From a virus (lineage: Duplodnaviria > Caudoviricetes): DNA of 27,321 nt. The notes beneath the pieces were generated by a model. That model worked only from the letters and a program-made list of their open reading frames with translations. It had not been told where the DNA came from and made no database searches. A program made the position numbers and the translations under genes. The stretch covers positions 1-27,321 of the IMG/VR virus record IMGVR_UViG_3300037851_000079. One strand, written 5' to 3'. This document shows positions 1 through 10,051 of the stretch, in pieces (the stretch's first letter is position 1; the number at the start of each line of letters is the position of its first letter).

Positions 1-5
1 TCCCG

Positions 6-866
6 GTGAGAATGTCCGGAGGTATCAATACGGATAATGGGATGATTTTTTCCAATTCCGCCCGGGCGGTACTCGCTAAAAATCAGCAATCATCTATTGG
101 AGCCAGAACTCACGAGGGCGATTACGAGTTTGATTTATTCCCGGACTATACCGCCTACTTTATGGCCTCCGCTATGGGTGGGGTTGTATCAGCCGTTAAA
201 GAAACTACCGCATATAATCACACTTTAACCGAGGCCGAAACTAAACTCCCCATGACCATCGAGCAAGTGGTTGGAGAAAATGTCCGCCGGTTTGCCGGGT
301 GTATCGCTACCGGATTTAAAATCTCTGGAAAAACGGGCGAATACCTAACATTTGGGACTTCAATCAAAGGCAAAAGCCAAGCCACCGCCACCAAAATCTC
401 CCCGACCTATCTTACTAACCGGGCGTTAACGTTTGCCGATGTCGCCATTACCGTTAACTCCGTCGCTATTCCCGAGATAACCTCATTTGAGGTCGAATAT
501 AAAAACAACGTCGAATTTTTACACGCTATGGGGGCCTCGAATGATCCGGCCTTTAACTACGCCAAAGCATCCGAGATTATTGGTAAATTTGAGATGTATC
601 TCGATACCACTTCCCTCGCCGTGATGACAGATGCCCTCGCCGGAACCAAGAGAGCTATTGTTATTACTATTACCGGGGCCGCTATTGGTGCCTCCTCAAA
701 CGACAAAATCCTTATAACTATCCCAACCGCCGCCGTAATCGCTCAGACTACCGAACTCGGGGAGGACTACAATCTCCTCTCGGTCGAATTTACCGGCGTA
801 TATGATCCGGCAACCTCCAAGCTATTCGATATCGTCGTCACCAACTTGCTAACTAATCTTACATAA
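6..866 (+). CDS. Major tail tube protein (probably 5'-truncated by the window edge)
   Basis: Beta-rich Thr/Ala/Gly protein directly upstream of the chaperone pair and tape measure; frame is open to the window start. Confidence 0.8.
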   Translation: MRMSGGINTDNGMIFSNSARAVLAKNQQSSIGARTHEGDYEFDLFPDYTAYFMASAMGGVVSAVKETTAYNHTLTEAETKLPMTIEQVVGENVRRFAGCIATGFKISGKTGEYLTFGTSIKGKSQATATKISPTYLTNRALTFADVAITVNSVAIPEITSFEVEYKNNVEFLHAMGASNDPAFNYAKASEIIGKFEMYLDTTSLAVMTDALAGTKRAIVITITGAAIGASSNDKILITIPTAAVIAQTTELGEDYNLLSVEFTGVYDPATSKLFDIVVTNLLTNLT

Positions 867-911
867 GGGGTACCCCTTGCAAACGGCTAGTAATTGTAAT
901 AGTCTTAATAT
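865..911 (+). promoter_or_regulatory. Sigma70-type leaderless promoter overlapped by a 14-bp palindrome
   Basis: TTGCAA (877-882), 17 nt, TAGTCT (900-905), 6 nt, ATG 912; palindrome AAGGGGTACCCCTT at 865-878. Confidence 0.6.
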
Positions 912-1286
912 ATGGAGACTACAGATTTTAAAACCTCCGGAGGATACACCGCTACTATTAAATCTCGACTCACGTTTGGAGATTACCGCAAAATAAAAGA
1001 TGCCGCAAAACGGGTTTTTAAATTCTCACTCGATCCTAAAACAAACTTACAAGCTCCTAAATCCGATGATATCAAGTTTTCCGAGATGGACTTAACCGCC
1101 CTCTCCGCCGCTAACGAGGTGGCACTAAAATTGCTCCTAATAAAAATCTCCGACGCTAATGGGGTTGATCTCGGGGAAGTTAACGCCGCCCTCGATAATC
1201 TCCCACCCAAAGACGGGCAAGAAATCGCCGACGAAATCGATCGCATAACCAAAGCCTCTGAAATAGAAGAAAAAAAGGGGGCCTAG
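912..1286 (+). CDS. Tail assembly chaperone (gpG-like)
   Basis: Between tail tube and tape measure; ends in slippery A_AAA_AAG. Confidence 0.85.
   Translation: METTDFKTSGGYTATIKSRLTFGDYRKIKDAAKRVFKFSLDPKTNLQAPKSDDIKFSEMDLTALSAANEVALKLLLIKISDANGVDLGEVNAALDNLPPKDGQEIADEIDRITKASEIEEKKGA
1271..1277 (+). other. Programmed -1 ribosomal frameshift site
   Basis: A AAA AAG in the 0 frame; -1 frame reads GGG GGC CTA GTC TCC GAT AAA GTG with no stop into ORF 1298..1522. Confidence 0.85.
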
Positions 1287-1297
1287 TCTCCGATAAA

Positions 1298-1522
1298 GTG
1301 TTTGCGGCTTTTTACTCCAATAATCTCCGGCTCCTCCCGGACGAGGTTTACACTAATTGGGTTGCCGATATGATGGGATTGCAGATGAGTTATAACGATT
1401 TAATGGATGCTCCGGCACTCTTTGTAAATTGGCACCTGTTTTACTTGCATGGCAAAATCCGGGCGGAGAATAAAAAGAACGAAGATGCCGCCAAACGGGC
1501 GAGGCCGAAGCCAAAGGCATAA
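1298..1522 (+). CDS. Tail assembly chaperone, frameshifted C-terminal part (gpT-like; fusion about 203 aa from 912)
   Basis: In the -1 frame of the upstream chaperone, no convincing start of its own, directly before tape measure. Confidence 0.8.
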   Translation: MFAAFYSNNLRLLPDEVYTNWVADMMGLQMSYNDLMDAPALFVNWHLFYLHGKIRAENKKNEDAAKRARPKPKA

Positions 1523-1524
1523 AG

Positions 1525-1565
1525 TGTATAACGATTACCCGGATTAAGGTTAAAATTAAATTAGT
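1525..1565 (+). promoter_or_regulatory. Putative late promoter, copy 1
   Basis: TGTATAAC (1525-1532), 18 nt, TAAAAT (1551-1556), TAAATTAGT, ATG 1566. Confidence 0.8.
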
Positions 1566-3338
1566 ATGGAGGATCGAATACTACAAATTGTTTTAAAGGC
1601 TAAGGACGAAGCCTCCGGGGAAATTGAAAAAGTCGGTAAATCCGCCGGTGGGGTGGCCGAGTTGTTGGGGAAATCATTTAAAAACGCCGCCATTATCTCC
1701 GGAGTTGCTTTAGGGGCTTTGGTAGCCGAGAGTATAAAGGCCGTGGGAGCATTTGCCGAAGCGGAAGCCGCCCAACGTCAACTAGAACACGCCGTTATAG
1801 GTGTTACCGGAGCCACACAAGAACAATTAAGGGCGACGATGGCTCTCGCCGATGCTTTGGAGGCCAAAGGGGTACTCGATGGAGACAATATAAAAGTTGG
1901 TTTAGCTCAGTTATCCACGTTTGGATTAAGTAATAAAGCCGTCCAAGGTCTCGGAGGGTCTTTGGCAGACCTCGCCGTTAATCAATTTGGAGTTAATGCC
2001 TCCGGAGAACAATTAACCCAAACCGCAAACATGATAGCTAAAGCGTTAAAGGGTCAATTTGGAGTCCTAGAAAAATCCGGTATCCGATTTACAGAAGCCC
2101 AACAAAGTATTATTAAATTCGGATCGGAGATGGAAAAAGTAAAGGCAATAAATGAGGGTTTTGCACAAAACCTAAAATATACCAACGATGTAGCTCTATC
2201 GACTTTTGAGGGTAAAATGGCGGCGATTAAAGTTAAAGTGGGAAATCTAGAGGAAGCGTTTGGAGGATTTATTGCCAATGCTCTCTCCCCGCTTATGGGG
2301 AATTTAAATATGTTTTTAGAGAATATTACTCCGTGGTTAACTGGACTAGAGGGGGTGGATACTATGGCGAGTAGGATGGCGGAGGACTTTGGGATGTTTG
2401 GTGAGGTTTTTGGAACCGTTGTTAAATTTTTCGCCGAAAATAAAATAGCTCTCGAAGCGTTGGCGGGAGTACTCGGTGGGGTATTAGCTATCTCCCTAGT
2501 AGCCGCCGCCGGAGCTATGTTGGCATTTATTGGGGTATCTTTACCAATGTTAGCCGCCGGAGCCGCCATTGGTGCGGTAGCGGCTTTAATAATAACTAAT
2601 TGGTCGTCCGTTGTTAGTTTCCTCCAACCCGTCCTAGATTTTTTCGTTGGGATGTTTGGCACCCTAAAGGCTCAGTTCGACGAGTTCGCACTAGCCAACG
2701 CCCCGGCCTTTATGGCGGCGTGGGACACTATTAAAAACGTGATCGGAGCCGGACTCCTCATAATTCAAAACGTGTGGAACGCTGTTTGGCCCGCCCTACA
2801 GCAAGTATTTAACGGGGTGTGGAATATGATTAAGGGGATATTACAAGTCGCATGGGGGATAATCCAACTCGCTATAACCGTCGGTCTCGCTATGATCTCC
2901 GGGGATTGGAGTAAGGCATGGACCGGGATTAAAGTAGCTTTTCAGGACATTTGGAACGGGTTAGTTACATTTTTAACCGGGATATGGGAGTCTATAAAGG
3001 GAATATTCCGAGGAGGGATTAACGCAATAATCGGGATGCTAAATGGATTTATCGACATTATCAACAAAGCCGGGGCGGTGGCCGGGGTAAAGGTGGCGAA
3101 ATTGCCATCGTTCGATAACGGTGGGTGGGTGCCGCAAGACATGGTCGCCGTAGTCCACCGGGGCGAGTTTGTGATGTCTAAAGATATGCTATCCGGACGA
3201 GAGCCGGTTCCGTTCACTACTAATAATAATTACGGAGGGGCCATCTCTCTCGGTCCAATTTACGTTCAAGATGTCTCGGATATTGATTTACTCTCTCAAC
3301 GGTTAGCGTTTGCATTAAATACTAATGGCAATTTATAA
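1566..3338 (+). CDS. Tail tape measure protein (590 aa)
   Basis: Ala/Gly-rich helical protein with hydrophobic segments, 11-residue Trp/Phe periodicity (AWDTIKNVIGA...VWPALQQVFNG VWNMIKGILQV AWGIIQ) and C-terminal FDNGGWV...VHRGEFV motif. Confidence 0.95.
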   Translation: MEDRILQIVLKAKDEASGEIEKVGKSAGGVAELLGKSFKNAAIISGVALGALVAESIKAVGAFAEAEAAQRQLEHAVIGVTGATQEQLRATMALADALEAKGVLDGDNIKVGLAQLSTFGLSNKAVQGLGGSLADLAVNQFGVNASGEQLTQTANMIAKALKGQFGVLEKSGIRFTEAQQSIIKFGSEMEKVKAINEGFAQNLKYTNDVALSTFEGKMAAIKVKVGNLEEAFGGFIANALSPLMGNLNMFLENITPWLTGLEGVDTMASRMAEDFGMFGEVFGTVVKFFAENKIALEALAGVLGGVLAISLVAAAGAMLAFIGVSLPMLAAGAAIGAVAALIITNWSSVVSFLQPVLDFFVGMFGTLKAQFDEFALANAPAFMAAWDTIKNVIGAGLLIIQNVWNAVWPALQQVFNGVWNMIKGILQVAWGIIQLAITVGLAMISGDWSKAWTGIKVAFQDIWNGLVTFLTGIWESIKGIFRGGINAIIGMLNGFIDIINKAGAVAGVKVAKLPSFDNGGWVPQDMVAVVHRGEFVMSKDMLSGREPVPFTTNNNYGGAISLGPIYVQDVSDIDLLSQRLAFALNTNGNL

Positions 3339-3341
3339 AAT

Positions 3342-4175
3342 ATGATTACATTGGTTACTATCGGGGATTTAACATTTAATCAAGCCAACGGCAATTATTG
3401 GATATCAGATATCGCCGGTCTCGAAATGCCGCCGGTTCGGGTTGTCGACTATAACCTAGCCGGAGAGCATTTTGGCCTCTTTGTCTCGGCTCTTTATGGG
3501 AAACGAGCCTTTAGTCTCCAAGGGTGGGTAACAGGATCGGACGTGTCGGACTTTATTACTAAACGTGATGCCCTCCAAAACGCCCTAAACATTATCTCCG
3601 GAGAGATCGCCATTAACTTTACCCTCGCCAATTCCCGGCAGGTAACCATAAACGCCATTCCAACAAAACTCGATTTTATGCCCGATCCGGGAGTATTAAC
3701 AGCCGCTAAGTTTAATATCGGCTTTAGTGCGAGTTTCCCGTTTTTAGTTTCTACCTCCGAGAACTCCGCCTCGACCGGATTAGCCATCTCCGGAGGGGGC
3801 ACGGTTCCACCCCCAGAGATGCCAATGGCTTTAACCGGAAACTCCGGAGGATCGATCTCCGGATACAATTACGGAAATGGTATCTATTACCCAACCGCCC
3901 GGATATATGGTCCGGTGACTAACCCATCTATCCGAAACGATACTTTAAATAAAGAACTCCGGTTAACCGCCACCCTAATCTCCGGACAATATCTCGATGT
4001 CGACTTTAAACGCAAAACTATTATCGACCAAAACGGATCGAATAAATACTCCATAAAAACCGGCGACTGGTGGTACATGGTCCCCGGAAGTAACATTATC
4101 AAGTTTTTAGCCGATGCCTACGATGTCTCCGCCCTAGTGACTTTATATTGGCGGGATAGCTATCTCGGCATTTAA
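3342..4175 (+). CDS. Distal tail (Dit)-like protein
   Basis: Follows tape measure; siphophage Dit-type motifs (IAGLEMPPVR, IYGPVTNP, WWYMVPGSN, C-terminal WRDSYL). Confidence 0.8.
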   Translation: MITLVTIGDLTFNQANGNYWISDIAGLEMPPVRVVDYNLAGEHFGLFVSALYGKRAFSLQGWVTGSDVSDFITKRDALQNALNIISGEIAINFTLANSRQVTINAIPTKLDFMPDPGVLTAAKFNIGFSASFPFLVSTSENSASTGLAISGGGTVPPPEMPMALTGNSGGSISGYNYGNGIYYPTARIYGPVTNPSIRNDTLNKELRLTATLISGQYLDVDFKRKTIIDQNGSNKYSIKTGDWWYMVPGSNIIKFLADAYDVSALVTLYWRDSYLGI

Positions 4176-4178
4176 CCT

Positions 4179-5210
4179 ATGGCTAATTTATACGAGTTTT
4201 TAATTAAAGATAAGGCGGGTAATGTAATTGGCACCCTCGATACAGCCAAAAGCCGCAAGTATGGTATCTATCTCAATAAGGCCGGGGATGCGAGTTTCGA
4301 TATCTCCCCCTCCGATCCTAAAGTCACCGGAGACCTCCTCCAAGTCGGCTCTAAGGAGTTATATATTAACCGGGCTAATAAATTGGTATGGGGTGGGGAA
4401 TTGGTAAGCCGCAAGGTGGAAGTAAGCGACAACTCCGAAAAACTATCCGTAGCCGTAAAGGGATTTTTTGACCTCCTCTCTAAAAAGATAATCGGCTCGC
4501 CAGTTTCCCCGCTTGTCTATTCCGGAGAGGATGCCGCCGATATTGCATGGGATTTAATAGATCGGGCACAAACCGGGACCAACGCCTCCCTCGGAATTAC
4601 CCGAGGAGCACACCCGGCCACTAAAGATCGGGACCGTACATACGACGATTACAAGTCGGTAAAACAGGCCATCGAGGAAATGTCCTCAACCAATATAAAG
4701 GATGGTTTCGACCTCGATATTGATGCCAATAAACAATTTTCGGTCTATTACCCGAAAGGTCAATACCTCCCGGATGTAATTTTCGAGTGGAGTCGCAATA
4801 TATCGAGTTTTTACGAGAGCCAAGATGCCTCGAATATGGCAAACGAAATAATCGCCGTGGGGGCGGGTATGGGCGACCAAATGCTTGTCGTGACACGGGA
4901 TGCGAGTTCAGATATCCAAGCCAACTATAAAATCCGACAACAAACGCTCTCCTATAAGGATGTCTCAGTCTCGGCCACTCTCCAAGACCACGCCGACCAA
5001 GCTCTCTCCGATAAACAGGTCCAACAAACCATCGTCGGGCTTAAATATAAGGGTAACATGGAGCCAGCGTTTGGAAGCTATACCGTGGGAGATTGGGTGC
5101 GGGTGATAATCAAACATGGCATCGTCCAGATAGACCAGTTTTACCGGATACAGGGTATTAAAGTTAGTATTGGCGATGGTGACGAGGAGGATATCGAGTT
5201 ACAATTTTAA
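4179..5210 (+). CDS. Baseplate hub / minor tail protein (ReqiPepy6 gp37-like)
   Basis: Position after Dit; LNKAGDASF, VWGGE, ANEIIAVGAG, YTVGDWVRV motifs. Confidence 0.75.
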   Translation: MANLYEFLIKDKAGNVIGTLDTAKSRKYGIYLNKAGDASFDISPSDPKVTGDLLQVGSKELYINRANKLVWGGELVSRKVEVSDNSEKLSVAVKGFFDLLSKKIIGSPVSPLVYSGEDAADIAWDLIDRAQTGTNASLGITRGAHPATKDRDRTYDDYKSVKQAIEEMSSTNIKDGFDLDIDANKQFSVYYPKGQYLPDVIFEWSRNISSFYESQDASNMANEIIAVGAGMGDQMLVVTRDASSDIQANYKIRQQTLSYKDVSVSATLQDHADQALSDKQVQQTIVGLKYKGNMEPAFGSYTVGDWVRVIIKHGIVQIDQFYRIQGIKVSIGDGDEEDIELQF

Positions 5211-5218
5211 CTAAATAT

Positions 5219-5446
5219 ATGGCTACAATACCCGACATTTTCACTATACTAAAAGACTATTTAACCCGCCTCGACCGGCTCGAAAAGTCCAACCAAGCCA
5301 AAAACCTAAAAATTCCGGCCGGGGGTAAGTTTGTGGTAGACACCGAGACGGCGGACCCGCCCGTAGAGAATGGCCGAATTTACTACAACTCCTCAACAAA
5401 CAAACTCCGCAAGTGTGTAAACGGGGCGTGGTCCGATGTCGGCTAG
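5219..5446 (+). CDS. Small tail-associated hypothetical protein
   Basis: Short coiled coil plus ENGRIYYNSSTNKLRKCVNGAW, a motif type common in tail fibres. Confidence 0.65.
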   Translation: MATIPDIFTILKDYLTRLDRLEKSNQAKNLKIPAGGKFVVDTETADPPVENGRIYYNSSTNKLRKCVNGAWSDVG

Positions 5447-5454
5447 AGCCATTT

Positions 5455-5495
5455 TGTATAACAACCGGGCTAATAACGATTAAAATTAAATTAGT
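5455..5495 (+). promoter_or_regulatory. Putative late promoter, copy 2
   Basis: TGTATAAC (5455-5462), 18 nt, TAAAAT (5481-5486), TAAATTAGT, ATG 5496. Confidence 0.8.
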
Positions 5496-5744
5496 ATGGA
5501 AAATACCGCCGAGGAAATCCAAGCACTAAAGGACCGTATCACCGCCCTAGAGGGTAAGATTACGATCGTCCGCAAAGCTAAACAAATCGTAATCGAAAAA
5601 GAAGCGGGCGAGGTAAAGGTCCGGGTATTGGTACTAAAGAAACTCCCAACCGGAAGCACCGAGGAGGGATGGGAGGAACCATCGTCCGAGGTTGTTAATG
5701 CCGCTACCGCATTATTTAGCACGGTTAATTTAGAATTAAACTAA
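5496..5744 (+). CDS. Hypothetical protein (N-terminal coiled coil)
   Basis: Starts at the conserved promoter element and abuts the next gene. Confidence 0.7.
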   Translation: MENTAEEIQALKDRITALEGKITIVRKAKQIVIEKEAGEVKVRVLVLKKLPTGSTEEGWEEPSSEVVNAATALFSTVNLELN

Positions 5745-5745
5745 T

Positions 5746-6717
5746 ATGGCTCATAAAGTCGCAATCATAAACGGCAAGGCACCATCGGCAGGGTCCGGAG
5801 GAGTCTCCGATGCCGACCTCTCTAACGTAGCCGTCAATTTTATGACCGCCGGAGTCGCCGGGGCCACTCATTATGCCGTCGAGCAACAAACCTCCCCGGA
5901 TATGACGGTTAAGGTCGCCGTGGGGACCGCTTATGTCTTTAAATCCGATGGGAGTAATGCCTATGTAACCAAACTCGATGCCGTCGCCAATGTTACTATA
6001 ACCTCCAATTCCTCGGGTAATCCCCGTATCGATGCCGTGGTAATTAAAGTCGATCTCGGAGCTACCCCGAATAAAGATGCCGACAACGTAGCGACACTCG
6101 TGGCAGTTGCCGGAACTCCCGCCGCCTCTCCATCCGCTCCCTCCGACTCAGCTATCCAAACCGCCGTCGGCTCCGGGAACGCATTTTATCGCCTCGCCAA
6201 TGTCACAGTCGCTAATGGTGCCTCCTCAATCGCTACCGCCAATATCGCCGATACTCGCTCCGGAGTCCAACTCCAAGTCCTCGGAAGTTATCTCCGCCGC
6301 AACCTCTCGACCTCTAAATTACAGTTTTCTAATGACGGAACCAATTATAAGGATGTCGGATCGGGTACCGCCGTTTTTGAGTGTGGCCTCGAGGGCAATC
6401 TCGTCGTCGGGACCAATATTGCCGGTTTATCGTGGATTGCTCCGTTTGCCGTTACCATTATCAAAGCGTTTGCTTATGTAGGGACGGCTCCTACAGGTGC
6501 GGCAGTATTGATCGACGTTAATAAAAACGGTTCGACAATATGGGCGACCCAAGGTAATCGATTAACCGTGGCAATCTCAGCCACCTCCGGCAGTCAAACC
6601 ACGTTTGATACCACGGCACTTGCCGAGGGAGATAGATTAACGGTTGATATCGACCAAATTGGCTCGACTGTTACCGGAGCCGATTTAACAGTCGCTATCT
6701 ATATGCAAGCGGCTTAA
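5746..6717 (+). CDS. Minor tail / tail fibre protein
   Basis: PDMTVKVAVG, NPRIDAVV, AGTPAASPSAP, LANVTVANG...IADTR N-terminal module typical of siphophage minor tail proteins; beta-rich C-terminal domain. Confidence 0.75.
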   Translation: MAHKVAIINGKAPSAGSGGVSDADLSNVAVNFMTAGVAGATHYAVEQQTSPDMTVKVAVGTAYVFKSDGSNAYVTKLDAVANVTITSNSSGNPRIDAVVIKVDLGATPNKDADNVATLVAVAGTPAASPSAPSDSAIQTAVGSGNAFYRLANVTVANGASSIATANIADTRSGVQLQVLGSYLRRNLSTSKLQFSNDGTNYKDVGSGTAVFECGLEGNLVVGTNIAGLSWIAPFAVTIIKAFAYVGTAPTGAAVLIDVNKNGSTIWATQGNRLTVAISATSGSQTTFDTTALAEGDRLTVDIDQIGSTVTGADLTVAIYMQAA

Positions 6718-6727
6718 TTATGAAACT

Positions 6728-7924
6728 ATGGCACAACGTCAATTTAGATCAGATGATACCGAAAAATGGCAGGAGGGGTATGGTACTGGTAAAGACGGGG
6801 ATATAACGATCTCCACGGGCACTACTTTTGCTACAGCTAATGCCGGATGTTCTGGATCGTCCGGATCAACTTCTCTCACTCTCGCCGCCGCTTCAACTTT
6901 TGCCAATGGTGATCTCGTACTAATTCACCAATCGAGAGGGTCATCTCCAGGTGGATGGGAATTAAATAAAATTCTCTCCGGAGGAGGTACCACCTCACTA
7001 ACTCTAAAATATAAACTATGTAATACCTACACCGACTCCGGAAACGATCAAGCCCAAATAGTGCGATTATTAGAAGCTAATAATGTTACAGTTAATGCTA
7101 GCCAAATTTGGTACTCATCAATTTGGGACGGTAGTATCGGTGGAATGTTGGTATTTTTGGCTCGTGGTAACTATACCGTTAATGGATTGGTTTATTTACA
7201 AGGTCGGGGATATTATGGAGGACCAAATGGGGGAGACACCTCTCCCCGTGATTATGGAGCCAAAGGTGAGGCCTCCACAGTCGCCGCTACCACCAATAAT
7301 CAAGCTAGTGGAGTATCCCAAAATACCGGAGGTGGAGGTGGACAAAAAGGTATTGACCCCGGAGCTTTTGAGGGCGGAGGTGGAGGTGGTGGAAGTCATG
7401 CCACGTCCGGCACAGACGGACAAGCCGTACCAACTTATACCTATCCCGGGTTAGGAGCTACGGCAACCTCAGGAAACGCCGGATGCACTTTAATGACTTT
7501 TGGTGGAGGTGGTGGAACTGGTGGATATAACAAAGATGGGCAAAAACAAGGTAGAGGCGGTTATGGTGGTGGTCTCCATTGGTTCGCTTGTCGGGGTAAT
7601 TTTTCGTTTGGGGCGAGCGGATCAATAAATTGTAGTGGAGAAAACGGACAGTCGGCGGGGTCGGCTTTTTGTGCAGGAGGCGGAGGTGGTGCCGGAGGTA
7701 CCGTTTGTGGGTGCGTTGGTGGAGATATAACTCTCGACACAAATAAAATAACTTCCGTGGGTGGTACCGGCGGATATGGAAATAATAGCTCTACGGGTGG
7801 AACCGGAGGTAGTGGTCGAATACATTTAAACTATGCCCGGACAATATCAGGGACAACTAATCCAACTTACGACGGGAGAGCCGATAAAACATTATTGAGA
7901 CGGAGATTTTTTGCATCGTGTTAA
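6728..7924 (+). CDS. Glycine-rich tail fibre / adhesin-like protein
   Basis: Repeated poly-Gly tracts (GGGGGGGSH, FGGGGGTGG, AGGGGGAGG, GGTGGSGRI) at the end of the tail module. Confidence 0.7.
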   Translation: MAQRQFRSDDTEKWQEGYGTGKDGDITISTGTTFATANAGCSGSSGSTSLTLAAASTFANGDLVLIHQSRGSSPGGWELNKILSGGGTTSLTLKYKLCNTYTDSGNDQAQIVRLLEANNVTVNASQIWYSSIWDGSIGGMLVFLARGNYTVNGLVYLQGRGYYGGPNGGDTSPRDYGAKGEASTVAATTNNQASGVSQNTGGGGGQKGIDPGAFEGGGGGGGSHATSGTDGQAVPTYTYPGLGATATSGNAGCTLMTFGGGGGTGGYNKDGQKQGRGGYGGGLHWFACRGNFSFGASGSINCSGENGQSAGSAFCAGGGGGAGGTVCGCVGGDITLDTNKITSVGGTGGYGNNSSTGGTGGSGRIHLNYARTISGTTNPTYDGRADKTLLRRRFFASC

Positions 7925-7929
7925 CTATT

Positions 7930-8232
7930 ATGACTACCACCCAAATCCTACCCACCATCGATCCGAGTGTCCTCGGATATGTAACCGTCGGACTTACCTC
8001 CGGAGTAGCCGGATTTTTATTGGGTTATCTCATCCGGGGAATTGTGGATAAAACCGACGTTGGTCAAAAAAATTACGCTAATTACGTCCTCGTAATAGTA
8101 ACTTCGGTATGGGCTTTATCCATGTTTATTGACATTATTTCGCCAGCCTATGAAACATCACCTTTAGTGCATGGGCTAATGGGTGCTATAGTTGGCTTTT
8201 TCTATAAGATAAAACCAAGGGAGGATAAATAA
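7930..8232 (+). CDS. Membrane protein, holin-like (about 3 TM)
   Basis: Three hydrophobic segments and a charged C-terminus; ATG 7930 preferred to GTG 7918. Confidence 0.6.
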   Translation: MTTTQILPTIDPSVLGYVTVGLTSGVAGFLLGYLIRGIVDKTDVGQKNYANYVLVIVTSVWALSMFIDIISPAYETSPLVHGLMGAIVGFFYKIKPREDK

Positions 8233-8233
8233 T

Positions 8234-8725
8234 ATGCCAAAAAATGTCCGGGAACTTGTAGAGCATACCAGAAGCCAAGCGGCTTACATGATAGGCTTTA
8301 GTTTGCTTTTTATTGTTGTCGGGTGGCTCGTCCCGGCGATTTATTACCAATATTTCGACCAAACCGAATACTATAAAATTAAACGGTTCGATTTTGACTC
8401 TCCGGAGTTTAAAACGTGCACCCCCATTACTTACACATTTACCCGTGTCTCTTTAATCAATTCCGAAATTATGAGGGATCGGGAATTGGTACTCGTTAAC
8501 GCCGATACTCGGCAAGAGATATGGCATGAGCGAGTCGAGGATATTATCGACGTGGGCGAGGCTACAATCCGGGGGACGATCGTTCCGCCTTGCAATTCAC
8601 CCCGGGGACGTTATATGCTAAATATATTAGTTACCTACCCCTACCGGGGTCGAGAGCGAACTTATTTATTTAAGAGTTCGACATTTTTAATTAACTCGGC
8701 TACAGATGCCGGAGAAATAGATTAA
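8234..8725 (+). CDS. Membrane-anchored hypothetical protein
   Basis: Single N-terminal TM segment followed by a beta-rich domain; within the lysis cassette. Confidence 0.65.
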   Translation: MPKNVRELVEHTRSQAAYMIGFSLLFIVVGWLVPAIYYQYFDQTEYYKIKRFDFDSPEFKTCTPITYTFTRVSLINSEIMRDRELVLVNADTRQEIWHERVEDIIDVGEATIRGTIVPPCNSPRGRYMLNILVTYPYRGRERTYLFKSSTFLINSATDAGEID

Positions 8726-8726
8726 A

Positions 8727-9602
8727 ATGGCATTTAACTACAATCAAAACGACCCGATCTATAAAAATTACTTTTTAGGTAATAGTAAAAAATATACTCT
8801 CAATTCCGACGGATGCTATGTTTTTTCCCTCGCTCGTATTTTAAATATCGATCCGGTCGAATGTAATAATACTTTAAAGGCCGCTAATTGTTTCGCCGCC
8901 GACTCGACCGGGGATAGGTGCCTCCTCGATCACACTCTAATCGCCCGGGCGTTTCCATCCCGGATATCGAGTGTCGACAAAATCGATCCCTACGATAATC
9001 AAAAATGCCTCGATGCAATCGCCAAATATGGAGCGGCGATAGTTTACGTCGATTACGATGGTAACGCCGCCTCGGCATGGGATACCCATTTTGTCGTCTT
9101 TACCGGGAATAAGCAGTTATTCGACTCTCTCGGTGGTGTATTTAAACCCACCTCGACCTATCCGCTACTCCGAGGACTCCGGATAGTCAATTTAATTAGC
9201 CAACCGGCGACTCCTACTCCTCCGTCGGGAATGGAGCAATTACCTAAAGATAACGTTATTCGGGATGCCTATTTAGCCCTCGCCGGAGAGTGCTCCGACG
9301 ACGAGGTAAAGTGGCGGTTATCCACAAATAAAAACATTCAGGAAATAATAATCGATATATGCTCCGGAGATGCCCGGTTTTATGATAAGTGGATTAAACC
9401 CCGGATACCGGCAACTCCTCCCCCGATCGATCCTAATGTGGAATTAACCGCCAAGTTGTCCGAAGTCTCCGGACAACTGCTAAATAGCCAAACCGAATTA
9501 ACGGCCGCTCAAATCATCATTAACAAAGTTAAAGCGATCCTATACGGCAAGGGGTGGCCGTGGACCAAGTGTAATAACCTAAAACTCGTGGTTCCGAAAT
9601 AA
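8727..9602 (+). CDS. Putative endolysin, peptidase C39-like (papain-fold) catalytic domain
   Basis: YNQNDP...DGCYVFSLA...HFVVFTG...FDS (Gln/Cys/His/Asp order), Pro/Thr linkers, flanked by holin-like genes. Confidence 0.7.
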   Translation: MAFNYNQNDPIYKNYFLGNSKKYTLNSDGCYVFSLARILNIDPVECNNTLKAANCFAADSTGDRCLLDHTLIARAFPSRISSVDKIDPYDNQKCLDAIAKYGAAIVYVDYDGNAASAWDTHFVVFTGNKQLFDSLGGVFKPTSTYPLLRGLRIVNLISQPATPTPPSGMEQLPKDNVIRDAYLALAGECSDDEVKWRLSTNKNIQEIIIDICSGDARFYDKWIKPRIPATPPPIDPNVELTAKLSEVSGQLLNSQTELTAAQIIINKVKAILYGKGWPWTKCNNLKLVVPK

Positions 9603-9610
9603 CCCCACCT

Positions 9611-10051
9611 ATGGGAGACGATATAGACTTAAAAAAAGTCGAGCTAGCCCTCGGCAAACTATCGGAGGCGATTACCGAGCAAACCGCTCATATTGACCGG
9701 GGGTTTGGGGAAGTAAAGACATTATTAACGTCGGTGCAAAACTCGATAAATTTGGTTTATGAGGATCGGGAAATCCTACTTAAAATATCCGGGAAGATCG
9801 CCGGGTTAACCGACGAGACATTAAACCACCGCCAATGCGTAGACAATGCCAATAAGGATTTAAAGGCCGATATCGCTATTGCCTCCGGAGCGATGGTGGA
9901 TAAAGTGGCCGAGGTTAAAAAAGTAATCGAGACCAATGTCGGAGGACTTGTGGATGCAGTAGCGGCTAAAAAATCGGTCGTGGTGGTCCACGATAGCATT
10001 TTGTCGAAGTTAACAAAAAGGTTTTTTACAACTAAGGGGGTGAAAAAATAA
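9611..10051 (+). CDS. Coiled-coil hypothetical protein
   Basis: Heptad-like helical sequence; TAATG overlap with the next gene. Confidence 0.7.
   Translation: MGDDIDLKKVELALGKLSEAITEQTAHIDRGFGEVKTLLTSVQNSINLVYEDREILLKISGKIAGLTDETLNHRQCVDNANKDLKADIAIASGAMVDKVAEVKKVIETNVGGLVDAVAAKKSVVVVHDSILSKLTKRFFTTKGVKK

Noticed and set aside
7300-7820. GGTGGA/GGAGGT repeats as a DNA repeat or G-quadruplex element
   Set aside because: Explained by poly-glycine coding
5746-7924. Diversity-generating retroelement or invertible tail-fibre cassette
   Set aside because: No reverse transcriptase, invertase or TR/VR-like repeat pair seen in the window
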